64,000 nt of DNA from an uncultured delta proteobacterium (GTDB taxonomy: Bacteria; Myxococcota_A; Polyangia; Fen-1088), in the NCBI GenBank assembly GCA_963796685.1, contig CAWCMR010000009.1, forward strand, positions 352,001 through 416,000, in the 5' to 3' direction. The notes beneath the pieces were generated by a model, which was given only the letters and a program-made list of their open reading frames with translations, had not been told where the DNA came from and did no database searches. The position numbers and the translations under genes are program-made. Shown piece after piece: positions 19,901 through 29,320 of this stretch. Numbering within the stretch: the first letter of the stretch is position 1; every line of letters starts with the position of its first letter.

Positions 19901-21091
19901 ATGGATGCAGTTCAGAACCCGTATTCACCAGGCGCGGGAACTCAACCGCCCGCCCTGGTGGGCCGCGATGATTTGCTCGAAAATGCGCGTGTCGCGCTCG
20001 AGAGAATCCGCGATGGCAGACCGGCGAAAAGCATCCTCATGGTCGGGTTGCGAGGAGTCGGCAAGACGGTCCTACTCGACCGAATGAGGGATAACGCAGA
20101 AGCATCCGGTATCGTGACCCTGCGAATGGAAGCTCCGGAAAGCCGGTCGTTGCCGGCCATACTTGCTCCTGAGTTGCGCGCGGCCCTTCTGCGGCTTTCG
20201 CGAATTGGCCGGGCCAAGTCGCTTGCCCAGCGAGCCCTCAAGGGACTGGCCGGTTTCGCGAAGGCCCTCAAGGTGAAATACGCCGACATCGAAGTGGGCC
20301 TCGACTTGGCCCCTGAGCCCGGATTGGCCGACAACGGGGATCTCGAACATGACCTGATGGCGCTCCTTGAAGCCACCGGACAGGCCGCGAAGAAGGCCGG
20401 CACCGCTGTGGCGGTATTCCTCGACGAATTGCAGTACGTCAAGGAGGATGAGCTCGCCGCGCTCATCACGGCGTTGCATCGGGTGGCGCAGCGCCAAATT
20501 CCGGTATCACTGGTCGGCGCTGGGCTTCCCCAGCTACGCGGCAGGATGGGGAGCGCCAAGTCCTACGCCGAGCGCATGTTTGATTTTCCGGAGGTCGGTC
20601 CCCTCACCAGCGCTGCTGCCAAGGATGCGATTTCAAGGCCCGCGGAAGAGCAGGGTGTTCTCTTCCAGGCAAATGCCCTGGAAAGGATTGTGGAAGTGAC
20701 CCAAGGGTATCCCTACTTTCTACAAGAGTGGGGCAAGCACACCTGGGAGATTGCGCGGAAGTCACCCATTACAATTCACGACGTCGACAGCTCCTCGGAG
20801 ATCGCCATTGCCGCGCTGGATGCGAGCTTCTTCCGGGTTCGGTTCGATCGCCTGACTCCGCTCGAAAAACGCTACGTCCGCGCGATGGCGGATCTTGGCG
20901 CGGGCCCCCACCGTTCGGGTGAAATCGCCGCGAAGCTGCAACGCAAGGTGACGGCCTTGGCGCCTACTCGAAGCCAACTCATCCTCAAAGGGATGATCTG
21001 GAGCCCGAATCACGGCGACACCGCGTTTACCGTCCCCATGTTCGACGAATTCATGCGCAGGATCATGCCGGGCAAGGACTGGCTGGAGTAG
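19901..21091 (+). CDS. P-loop ATPase (AAA_16-like) with probable C-terminal winged helix
   Basis: NPYSPGAG..PP.LVGR, Walker A GLRGVGKT, Walker B VFLDELQ, TQGYPYFLQ, C-terminal RSQLILKGMIW..FTVPMF. Confidence 0.88.
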   Translation: MDAVQNPYSPGAGTQPPALVGRDDLLENARVALERIRDGRPAKSILMVGLRGVGKTVLLDRMRDNAEASGIVTLRMEAPESRSLPAILAPELRAALLRLSRIGRAKSLAQRALKGLAGFAKALKVKYADIEVGLDLAPEPGLADNGDLEHDLMALLEATGQAAKKAGTAVAVFLDELQYVKEDELAALITALHRVAQRQIPVSLVGAGLPQLRGRMGSAKSYAERMFDFPEVGPLTSAAAKDAISRPAEEQGVLFQANALERIVEVTQGYPYFLQEWGKHTWEIARKSPITIHDVDSSSEIAIAALDASFFRVRFDRLTPLEKRYVRAMADLGAGPHRSGEIAAKLQRKVTALAPTRSQLILKGMIWSPNHGDTAFTVPMFDEFMRRIMPGKDWLE

Positions 21092-21174
21092 AGCCAAGCA
21101 AGTCGCCTCGCGGGGGCAGGTGTATCCAGGTTGGCAGGCTGGATCCTTGTCCTGCTCTTCCTGCTTGGGCCAGA

Positions 21175-21350
21175 ACGTCCACCTGGTGCAACGCCTCGAT
21201 GGCAATCGGCAGCTTGAACACGCTCTGTATGGGAAACGGCTGGTTCCGGTTCAGACCAAGGGTCCGCCCCGTCGCCAGCTCCACCGCCGCGAACCCGACC
21301 GTCCCGCGAGCAGCATGGCGAGGAAGAACGTCATGGCAGGAGGCTAGCAC
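21175..21350 (-). pseudogene. Fragment of a class A beta-lactamase
   Basis: GTVGFAAVELATGRTLGLNRNQPFPIQSVFKLPIAIEALHQVD includes the SxxK motif (QSVFK); no SDN or KTG region; no signal peptide. Confidence 0.7.
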
Positions 21351-21510
21351 TGAAGGCGTTTTGCGGCGCGTACGAAGCCGCCCCTGGGCGGCACGATCGA
21401 ATGCACGCGAAAGACCCTTTCCAATCGCAACGGTCTGTAGACCGTGAGCCGGATCGCACTACTGAGGTCGTCTCCTCACGGTCCGCGATTCCGGCTATCA
21501 TCGCTTGCCC

Positions 21511-24500
21511 ATGCAATCGGTCGATCTCCACCTGGCCTCCTTCCCGGAGCACAATCCGAATCCGGTCGTCGAAGTCGACGCGGCAGGCGGCGGCGTGTGC
21601 TACGCCAATCCCGCCGCTTTGGCGCTGTTTCCCGACCTCATGGCAAAAGGCCCCGCACACCCCTGGCTCGCGGACTGGCCGACGGCCGTTCTCTCGATCG
21701 AGAAGGCCCCAAGCGGGAACACCATCCACCGCGCCATCGTCGTAGGCAAGCGCACCTATCACCAAACCCTGCACCTGATGCCCAGGGAGAGGGTCGTTCG
21801 CATCTACGGCCTCGACATCACCGAGCAGGTGCAGACCGAGGCGGCGGTGCGCGAAGCACACGCCAGAACGTCCACCATCCTGGAGAGCATCGCCGACGCC
21901 TTCTATTCGCTCGACAACGAGTGGCGCTTCATGGCGGTGAATCCCGCGGCAGAGCGCGCCCCCTTCGGGCGTCCCGCAAGCGAGCTTCTGGGCAAGGTGA
22001 TTTGGGATGTGTTCCCCGGGCTGCCGGGAACGCGCATCCACCAGCACTACCTGGACGCCGTCGCCAAGCGTAGCCGGGAGCACTACGAGGCGCCCTCGCC
22101 GCTCGATGGCCGCTGGTACGAGGTGTTCATGTTTCCGCGCACCGGGGGCCTGGACGTGTATCTGCGCGACATCGACGACCGCAAGAAGGCGGAGGCCGCG
22201 CTCAAGGCGAGCGAGGAGAGCTTGCGACTCTTTATCGACCATGCCCCGGCCTCGCTGGCCATGTTCGACCGCGACATGCGCTACCTGAGCGTCAGCCGCC
22301 GTTGGCTGGCCGACTACCGACTGGGCGACCGGGATGTGCGGGGCTTGTCGCACTACGAGGTCTTTCCCGAGATCGGCGAGGCCTGGAGGAAGGTCCACCG
22401 CCGCGCCCTGGCCGGTGAGGTGGTGCGATCCGGGTGCGAGCGCTTCCCACGCGCCGATGGCAGCGTGCAGTGGGTACGCTGGGAAGCCCGTCCCTGGCAC
22501 GAGCCCTCGGGCGGCATCGGCGGCATCGTCATTTTCACCGAGGACATCACCGAGGCCACGCTGGCCGCCGAGGCGCTACGGCGCTACGAGCTCTTGGCGA
22601 GGCAAAGCCGCGACATCGTGCTCTTCGTGCGACGCACGGACGGCCGCATTCTCGAGGCCAACGCTGCGGCCGTGGACGCCTACGGCTACAGCCGCGAGGA
22701 GCTCCTTTCGCTCTCCGTCCACAAGCTACGCGCCCTCAACACCACCCCCCTGACCGAGGGGCAGATGGCCATCGCCGACGAGCGCGGGATCCTCTTCGAG
22801 ACCGCCCACCAAAACAAAGACGGCCGGACCTTCCCCGTCGAAGTCAGCTCGCGAGGCGCACTGGTCGACGGTGAGCACACGCTGGTGAGCGTGGTGCGCG
22901 ACGTCAGCGAGCGCAAACGGCTGGAACGGCTCTACGCGGTCTTGAGCCGGGTCAACGAGGCCATCGTGCGAACGCGCGACGAAAAGACTTTGTACGGCGA
23001 GATCTGCCGGATCGCGACCGAGACCGGTGATTTTCCCCTGGCCTGGATTGGGCTCGTCGAGGGGCACGCCGTCATCCCCGTGGCTTCGGCCGGCACGGAG
23101 ATCGCCTATCTGCGCGAGATCCGCGTCGAGCTCGAGGGTGACTTGGGCGCGGGGCCGACCGGGACCTGCGTGCGTGAAGATCGGCCGGTGGTGAACGACG
23201 ACTTCTCCACCAACCCCAGCACGTCGCCCTGGCGCGCCCCCGCGCTTGGCCACGGGTTCCGCGCCTCCGCCGCTTTTCCCTTGCATAGGCACGCACAGGT
23301 CATCGGCGCGCTCACGCTCTATGCGGGGCGACCCGGCGTCTTCGATTCGGCGGAGAGGGGGCTCATCGAAGCACTGTGCGCGGATATTTCCTACGCCATC
23401 GCCGCGCAGGAGCACGAGCGGGAGCGGACGCAAGCCGAGGAAGCCCTGCGGACCGCCAACGCGCGCCTGCTTGCGGCCGACCAGCACAAGAACGAGTTTC
23501 TCGCCGTGTTGTCGCACGAGTTGCGCAACCCGCTCGCGCCCATCCGCAACAGTCTTTTCCTGCTCGATCGGGCTGCTCCGGACAGCGAACAGGCGAGGCG
23601 CGCCCGCGAAATCATCGGGCGACAGGTCGATCAGATGTCGCGACTGGTGGACGACCTGCTCGACGTCACGCGCATCTCGCATCGCAAGATCCAGCTCCAG
23701 CGTGCTCCGCTCGATCTGAATGACGTTGTCCGCAGCACGGTGGAGGACCACCGCTCCTTGCTCGACGGCAAGGGAATCGCCCTCGAGACAAGCCTTGCGC
23801 CCGAGGAGCTGCCCATCGAGGGAGACCGGGCTCGCCTTGCCCAAATCGTGGGGAACCTTCTTCACAATGCGGCCAAGTACACACCGGCGGGCCAACTTGT
23901 CCGAGTCGAGACCAAGGCCATCCCCGCGCGGAGCCGGGTCGGTATCCGGATCGTGGATACCGGCGTGGGCATCGAGCCCACCGTGCTAGCTCGGTTGTTT
24001 GAACCCTTCATGCAGGCCGGCGCGACCTTGGATCGCAGCCAGGGCGGCCTGGGACTTGGGCTGGCACTGGTGAAGGGCCTGGTCGAGTTGCACGGCGGGG
24101 AAGTCTGCGCCCACAGCGATGGTTTCGGAAAGGGGGCGGAGCTCATCGTCGAGCTACCGCTCGGCCAAGCCAAGAATGACAAGATCAGCGTCAAAACCGG
24201 GGCCCTGGCAGGCCGCCGACGACGAGTTCTAATTATCGAGGACAACCTCGATGCAGCCCAAAGCCTGTGCGAAGTGCTCGAATTCGGCGACCACCTCGTC
24301 GAGGTCGCCCACGACGGCGGCGAGGGCCTGGCCAAAGCCCGTCAGTTCAGGCCGGAGGTCGTGTTTTGCGATATCGGGTTGCCTGGCATGGACGGCTACG
24401 GCGTCGCGCGAGCGTTTCGCAACGACGACGCGCTGAAGCGCGCCTTTCTCGTGGCCCTGAGCGGCTACGCCCTGCCCGAAGACCTGAAGCGCGCGTGGGA

Positions 24501-24585
24501 GGCCGGTTTCGATAGACACGTCGCCAAGCCCCCGAGTCTGGAGATGATCGAGGAGCTTCTCCAAGTGGGCGGCGTTACCAAATAG
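21511..24585 (+). CDS. Cytoplasmic hybrid sensor histidine kinase (multiple PAS, GAF, HisKA, HATPase, REC)
   Basis: Several PAS/PAC units (DITE, DIDDRK, DVSERK); GAF (FRASAAFPL); SHELRNPL; NLLHNAAKY; DTGVG; GLGLGL; CDIGLPGMDG. Confidence 0.95.
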   Translation: MQSVDLHLASFPEHNPNPVVEVDAAGGGVCYANPAALALFPDLMAKGPAHPWLADWPTAVLSIEKAPSGNTIHRAIVVGKRTYHQTLHLMPRERVVRIYGLDITEQVQTEAAVREAHARTSTILESIADAFYSLDNEWRFMAVNPAAERAPFGRPASELLGKVIWDVFPGLPGTRIHQHYLDAVAKRSREHYEAPSPLDGRWYEVFMFPRTGGLDVYLRDIDDRKKAEAALKASEESLRLFIDHAPASLAMFDRDMRYLSVSRRWLADYRLGDRDVRGLSHYEVFPEIGEAWRKVHRRALAGEVVRSGCERFPRADGSVQWVRWEARPWHEPSGGIGGIVIFTEDITEATLAAEALRRYELLARQSRDIVLFVRRTDGRILEANAAAVDAYGYSREELLSLSVHKLRALNTTPLTEGQMAIADERGILFETAHQNKDGRTFPVEVSSRGALVDGEHTLVSVVRDVSERKRLERLYAVLSRVNEAIVRTRDEKTLYGEICRIATETGDFPLAWIGLVEGHAVIPVASAGTEIAYLREIRVELEGDLGAGPTGTCVREDRPVVNDDFSTNPSTSPWRAPALGHGFRASAAFPLHRHAQVIGALTLYAGRPGVFDSAERGLIEALCADISYAIAAQEHERERTQAEEALRTANARLLAADQHKNEFLAVLSHELRNPLAPIRNSLFLLDRAAPDSEQARRAREIIGRQVDQMSRLVDDLLDVTRISHRKIQLQRAPLDLNDVVRSTVEDHRSLLDGKGIALETSLAPEELPIEGDRARLAQIVGNLLHNAAKYTPAGQLVRVETKAIPARSRVGIRIVDTGVGIEPTVLARLFEPFMQAGATLDRSQGGLGLGLALVKGLVELHGGEVCAHSDGFGKGAELIVELPLGQAKNDKISVKTGALAGRRRRVLIIEDNLDAAQSLCEVLEFGDHLVEVAHDGGEGLAKARQFRPEVVFCDIGLPGMDGYGVARAFRNDDALKRAFLVALSGYALPEDLKRAWEAGFDRHVAKPPSLEMIEELLQVGGVTK

Positions 24586-24671
24586 GGCTGGGAGTTCCGA
24601 AATGGTAACCTGAAACCGCGACTTGCTACGGCGCCTGTCGAGCCTGGGCGAAAGCGCGCGCGGTGCGATGC

Positions 24672-24688
24672 TTGGCCCGCGTCCTGCA
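24672..24688 (+). promoter_or_regulatory. Candidate sigma-54 (-24/-12) promoter
   Basis: TTGGCCCGCGTCCTGCA with exact GG-N10-GC spacing, 55 bp upstream of ATG 24744; sigma-54 activator gene nearby. Confidence 0.55.
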
Positions 24689-24743
24689 ACCGAGATGCCC
24701 TGTAGGGAATCATAAGTCCATTGACTACGATAGGAGCAGGACC

Positions 24744-24932
24744 ATGAACCACATCATTCAAGGGCGAACGTACAGTGTCGCAGAGCTCGTAGCCGCGGCC
24801 TACAAGGCGGCCACGCAGGTCACACGCAATCGCATGCTCGCTGCGATGATCGTCAGCAAGATCCTCGAAAGCTGGCTGATGCAATCAGACCGTCAAGATC
24901 TCGTGCGGAAGCTCCAATCCGTTTCCACCTAG
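24744..24932 (+). CDS. Small hypothetical protein (62 aa)
   Basis: RBS AGGAGCAGG before ATG; fills the gap between convergent kinase genes; helical-looking sequence. Confidence 0.6.
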   Translation: MNHIIQGRTYSVAELVAAAYKAATQVTRNRMLAAMIVSKILESWLMQSDRQDLVRKLQSVST

Positions 24933-24961
24933 AGTCGCGCTCTCGCCTCGTGATCTCCACT

Positions 24962-26080
24962 TCAAATCGTCGGAAGCCCGGCCCGAGCCAAGATCTCTTC
25001 CAGTTGCTCCATGCTCGGCGGCTTGGGCATATGGTCGTGAAAGCCGGCCGCCACGGCACGACGCCGTTCATCGGGCTGGGCGTAGCCGGTCATGGCCACC
25101 AGCACGACGTTGCGCAACTGTGCGTCTCCGCGTAGGGCGCGCGCCACGGCGTATCCATCCATCACCGGCAAGCCGATGTCGCAGAAGACGATTTCGGGTT
25201 GAAACTCGCGCGCGAGAGCCAAACCGGCGTGGCCGTCCTTGGCCGTCTGGACCACGTGGCCAAATGACACCAATGCCGCTTGAAGGCTCTCCGCTGCGTC
25301 CAAGTTGTCCTCGATGACCAGCACGCGTCGACGCGCACGCGGTGGCGGCACGGGCCGAGCGGCGCTCTCGCCATCCACGTTGCCAAGCGGAAGGTCGACG
25401 GTAAACGTGGCCCCGCGCCCTGGGCCGTCGCTCTCGACCTGAGCGCTTCCCCCGTGCAGCTCCACCAGTCCCCTGACAACGGCAAGCCCTAGCCCCAGGC
25501 CACCCTGGGTACGGGCCAGTGACGCATTGCCCTGAACAAAGGGCTCGAATACGTGCGGCAGCAGGTCGGGCTCGATGCCGATCCCGGTGTCGCGGACGCT
25601 GATGCGACAGCAACCCGCGTTCGGACCTCGCTGCACGGCCACGGTCACGCCACCGCCAGCCGGAGTGAATTTGGCCGCGTTGTGCAAAAGATTGCCCAGG
25701 GTCTGAGCCACGCGCGTCGGATCGGCAAGGCCCAGGATTGGCTCCTCCGGCGCTTCGACCGTGAGATGGAGGGCATTGCCGTCGAAGAGCGCCCGGTTGT
25801 CCTCGACCGAGGTGCGTACCAATGTGCATAAATCGGTGATCGAGCGATGCAGCACCAGCTTGTCGCGGACGATGCGGGCCGCGTCGAGCAGGTCGTTGGC
25901 CAGGGACGTGAGCTGGTCGATCTGTCTGTCCATGATGGCCATCATGCGCATGGCCTGCACACCGCCCGGCTCGGCCCGTTGCAGGACGAACAGACTCGAG
26001 CGAAGGGACGCAAGCGGGTTGCGCAGCTCGTGCGAGAGAGTGGCTAGTAACTCCTCGATGCGAGGATTGCCGCGATCCAT
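24962..26080 (-). CDS. Sensor-less hybrid histidine kinase (HisKA-HATPase-REC)
   Basis: SHELRNPL about 15 aa from the start; NLLHNAAKF; DTGIG; GLGLGL; CDIGLPVMDG. Confidence 0.9.
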   Translation of the reverse strand: MDRGNPRIEELLATLSHELRNPLASLRSSLFVLQRAEPGGVQAMRMMAIMDRQIDQLTSLANDLLDAARIVRDKLVLHRSITDLCTLVRTSVEDNRALFDGNALHLTVEAPEEPILGLADPTRVAQTLGNLLHNAAKFTPAGGGVTVAVQRGPNAGCCRISVRDTGIGIEPDLLPHVFEPFVQGNASLARTQGGLGLGLAVVRGLVELHGGSAQVESDGPGRGATFTVDLPLGNVDGESAARPVPPPRARRRVLVIEDNLDAAESLQAALVSFGHVVQTAKDGHAGLALAREFQPEIVFCDIGLPVMDGYAVARALRGDAQLRNVVLVAMTGYAQPDERRRAVAAGFHDHMPKPPSMEQLEEILARAGLPTI

Positions 26081-26230
26081 GGATACCCGGGGAACTGAAC
26101 ATTGCAAAGTCGGCGCCAAGTACGGAACACGGCACCCACACCTGGTGAATATCCTTGATTTCCCCCTAACGCGCCCCCAACATCGGCGTCGTTCGTTCGG
26201 CACGAGCCGTTAGACGAGGACCATCGCGGA

Positions 26231-27577
26231 ATGCTCGACATACTCCTGGTTGACGACGAGCCCGAGATTCGCCTGCCTCTCGGCGAGGCGCTACGCGAGA
26301 TCGGGCATCGCGTGGCCTTGGCCGCGGACGGGGACGAGGCCATGCGCTGCCTGGAGCGCCAAACCTTCAACTTGGTTGTCAGTGATGTCCGCCTGCCCAA
26401 GGGCGACGGCTTCACCATCCTGCGCAAGGTGCGCGACCAGCAACCCAACACCGACGTCATCTTGATGACCGCCTACGGAACCATCCAGGAGGCGGTCACC
26501 GCGGTCAGGGAAACCGCCATCGAATACCTGACCAAGCCCTTCGAGCTGCCGGAAGTCCTGGCCATGGTCGGGCGCATCGACGAACGCTGGCGCCTCATGC
26601 GCGACCTGGCCGCCGCACGCGCCGAGTTGGCCTCTCGCCAAACCGGCCGCATGATCGAAGGCAGCTCGCCCGCCATCGTGCAACTGCGGGAGCGCATCGC
26701 CGCCATCGCGACCAGCTCCGCCGCCGTGCTGCTGACCGGGGAGAGCGGCACGGGCAAGGAGCTTGCCGCGCGCATGATCCACGCGGCGAGCGATCGGCGG
26801 GATGCCGCCTTCGTCGCGGTGAACTGCGCCGCCGTTCCCGCGGCCCTGATGGAAGCCGAGCTCTTCGGCCACGAGCGCGGGGCCTTCACCGGAGCGGTCA
26901 AGCGGCGCGACGGGCGCTTCAAGGCGGCCGATGGCGGCACCTTGTTCCTCGACGAAATCGGCGAAATGCCGCTCGACGTGCAGGCCAAGCTTTTGCGCGT
27001 GCTGCAAGAAGGATCCTTCGAGCCCATCGGCTCCAACACCTCGGTCAAGGTGGATGTGCGCCTCGTCTCCGCCAGCAATCGTGAGCTCAAGGGTCTGGCC
27101 GGCGAAGGCGCCTTTCGTCAAGATCTCTACTACCGAATCAAGGTCTTCGATCTGCATCTGCCGCCCCTGCGCGAGCGACTTTCCGACCTGCCCATCCTGG
27201 TCGAGCAATTCCTGCGCGAGTTCACCGCCGCGGGCGAGACGCCACCCAGCCTGGCCCCCGCGGCCTGGGCGGCGCTACAGGGCTACAACTATCCCGGCAA
27301 CGTGCGAGAGCTCCGCCACGCCATTCAGCACGCCACCATCCTGGCGCGCGGCCAGGAGATCAGGGTCCATCATCTGCCGTCCGAGTTTCGCGGTGGCACC
27401 AGCGTCCTTGCGAGCGAGCGGGTCGAGCCGCTCGCCGCGGTCATGGCCCAGTTCGAGCGCGACTATATCGCGCGAACCTTGGACTTGGCCGGCGGCGAGC
27501 GCCGCAAGGCTGCCGAGATGCTGGGGATCTCCCGAAAGAATCTCTGGGAGAAGATGAGCAAGCACGGCCTGGGCTAG
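26231..27577 (+). CDS. Sigma-54-dependent response regulator (NtrC family: REC-AAA-Fis HTH)
   Basis: ILLVDDE, GESGTGKE, ELFGHERGAFTGA, FLDEIGEM, PGNVREL, AAEMLGISR. Confidence 0.97.
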   Translation: MLDILLVDDEPEIRLPLGEALREIGHRVALAADGDEAMRCLERQTFNLVVSDVRLPKGDGFTILRKVRDQQPNTDVILMTAYGTIQEAVTAVRETAIEYLTKPFELPEVLAMVGRIDERWRLMRDLAAARAELASRQTGRMIEGSSPAIVQLRERIAAIATSSAAVLLTGESGTGKELAARMIHAASDRRDAAFVAVNCAAVPAALMEAELFGHERGAFTGAVKRRDGRFKAADGGTLFLDEIGEMPLDVQAKLLRVLQEGSFEPIGSNTSVKVDVRLVSASNRELKGLAGEGAFRQDLYYRIKVFDLHLPPLRERLSDLPILVEQFLREFTAAGETPPSLAPAAWAALQGYNYPGNVRELRHAIQHATILARGQEIRVHHLPSEFRGGTSVLASERVEPLAAVMAQFERDYIARTLDLAGGERRKAAEMLGISRKNLWEKMSKHGLG

Positions 27578-28272
27578 CCCTGGGCCGGGGCCCTGGGAAG
27601 CCAGAAGCACAGGACCAGAGCGCATGTCGCGTCTTGGGTGACTTCGAGCCTGCCGCCGTGGAGCTCGACCAGGAGGCGGGCGACGAGCAGTCCCAAACCG
27701 ATTGCGTCTTCTCCGGGCACCTCGGTTTCGCAGGGCGCGGTGAGCGTAAAGCGAACCTTGTCCTCGGCCACGCTCACCAGCAGGTCGATTCCCGATCGCC
27801 CCGTGTCCTGATTCAAGGAGACGGAGAGCAGGTTGGCCAGGATTCGGTCCAGACGAGCCGCGTCCACCGAAATCGCCAGGGGTCCGGCCGGCGCTGCGAG
27901 CCGAATGCGGGTTGTGTCCATGTCCCCTGCATGGCGCGAAAGAAACTCCGGTAGCCATCGCGAGAGGTCGTGCGTGTGAATATCGAGGTCCGCCTTGCCC
28001 GAGCGTAGCCGCGCCACGTCCCCCAGCTCCTCGGTCAAGGCGTTCAGCTTACGCGCCGAAGACACGATCATCGCGGCCAGACGACACTCCTTCTCGAGCC
28101 CCAATTTCGTCAGCGACCGCTCGAGCAACTGAGCGCTGAGTTGGACCGATGTCAGCGGCGTGCGTATCTCGTGCAGGGCGAGGCGAAGCATCCGGTAGTC
28201 CTCCGACGGCGCGGGACTCTCCGCACCACCCTCGAGCGGTAGAGCAACATCTTTGCCGAAAACCGAAGTCAT
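27574..28272 (-). CDS. Degenerate histidine kinase (intact H-box, eroded ATP-binding boxes)
   Basis: LHEIRTPLTS; N-box reads ANLLSVSLNQ; no DxGxG; retains GLGLLVARLLVELHGG. Confidence 0.75.
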   Translation of the reverse strand: MTSVFGKDVALPLEGGAESPAPSEDYRMLRLALHEIRTPLTSVQLSAQLLERSLTKLGLEKECRLAAMIVSSARKLNALTEELGDVARLRSGKADLDIHTHDLSRWLPEFLSRHAGDMDTTRIRLAAPAGPLAISVDAARLDRILANLLSVSLNQDTGRSGIDLLVSVAEDKVRFTLTAPCETEVPGEDAIGLGLLVARLLVELHGGRLEVTQDATCALVLCFWLPRAPAQG

Positions 28273-28435
28273 TCGCCTGGAATGATAGCGGCAATCACCC
28301 GGGAATGACACCATGGCCAACGCCCCCGCTCAACCCGGCAGTCGGGCGCGGTCCCATTCAGCGACCTTGGCAACCGACCACGCCTGTGACAGAAGAACAG
28401 GCGTCGCCCATCATCGGGCGCCACGGAAACAGGCG

Positions 28436-28792
28436 ATGAACAACAGCGATGAATTCACGTTTCAGGGTCAGGGCACGCTCAAACGCATCGACACCTTCGT
28501 GTCCAAGGCGGGAAAGTCGATCCTCACGCTGATCTTCGAGATCCAGGGGCAATACCCGCAGCTCATCCCCATCAAGGTCTTTGGCCGGCTGGCCGAACAA
28601 GCCTCGGCCTGGAAGCCGGGCGCGATTCTATCCGTCACCGGGCGGCTGGGTGGTCGCGACTGGAACGGCAAGGTGTATGGCGACAACGTCGCCACCAGCA
28701 TCGAAATCATCAGCGCCGACGACGACAAGGATCCGGGAACGCCGCCCGGTCACGACCCACCGCCGCCCAGCGACGACGACGTTCCCTTCTAG
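28436..28792 (+). CDS. SSB-like OB-fold protein (DUF3127-like) with acidic C-terminal tail
   Basis: GQYPQLIPIKVFG, VTGRLGGRDWNGKVY, C-terminus DDDVPF. Confidence 0.75.
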   Translation: MNNSDEFTFQGQGTLKRIDTFVSKAGKSILTLIFEIQGQYPQLIPIKVFGRLAEQASAWKPGAILSVTGRLGGRDWNGKVYGDNVATSIEIISADDDKDPGTPPGHDPPPPSDDDVPF

Positions 28793-28987
28793 CTCGCTCA
28801 CACCCTCACAGCGACGCGCCTGCGCCTTCGAGGTGTCATGTATTGCCGCGTCATCACTGTCCGGTCGAGGCCAGATCCCTCGCCTCAAGCGATGATCGCT
28901 GCGCTAGGTTATCAAGTTGAGCGGCGCCAAAGCCGTGGAAGGTCCTGCGACCGCAGGCCTCTCGCCGCTCTCCGTGCGTAGGCGAGG

Positions 28988-29233
28988 CTAGACCGGCAGC
29001 CCGCTGACGATGATCTTGCGCAGGCCAGAAACCGGGAGCGGCTGTCCCCGCTTCGTCTCTTCGAAGATGATCTGGGCCATGGTGGCAGCGGTCAAATCCT
29101 TACCGGAATCGCGATTCGTGACCCGGATTTCCTCGCCACTGCGGATCAGATCGGCGATCTGCTGGAGGTTCACGTAGTGGCTTTCCTGCGTGTCGTACAA
29201 CTTCCTGTTCGAATAGCGGCGGATGGTTCTCAT
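28988..29233 (-). CDS. PhaR-type polyhydroxyalkanoate regulator DNA-binding domain protein (standalone)
   Basis: IRRYSNRKLYDTQESHYVNL...V..SGKDLT..MAQIIFE. Confidence 0.88.
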   Translation of the reverse strand: MRTIRRYSNRKLYDTQESHYVNLQQIADLIRSGEEIRVTNRDSGKDLTAATMAQIIFEETKRGQPLPVSGLRKIIVSGLPV

Positions 29234-29320
29234 GGGCAGAGAATGGCATAGAGATTGGGCGACGGGAAGATACAGTTTCCGTCCGGCTTCTGACCTCCCT
29301 GGGCGCGGCGACCACGTCGC

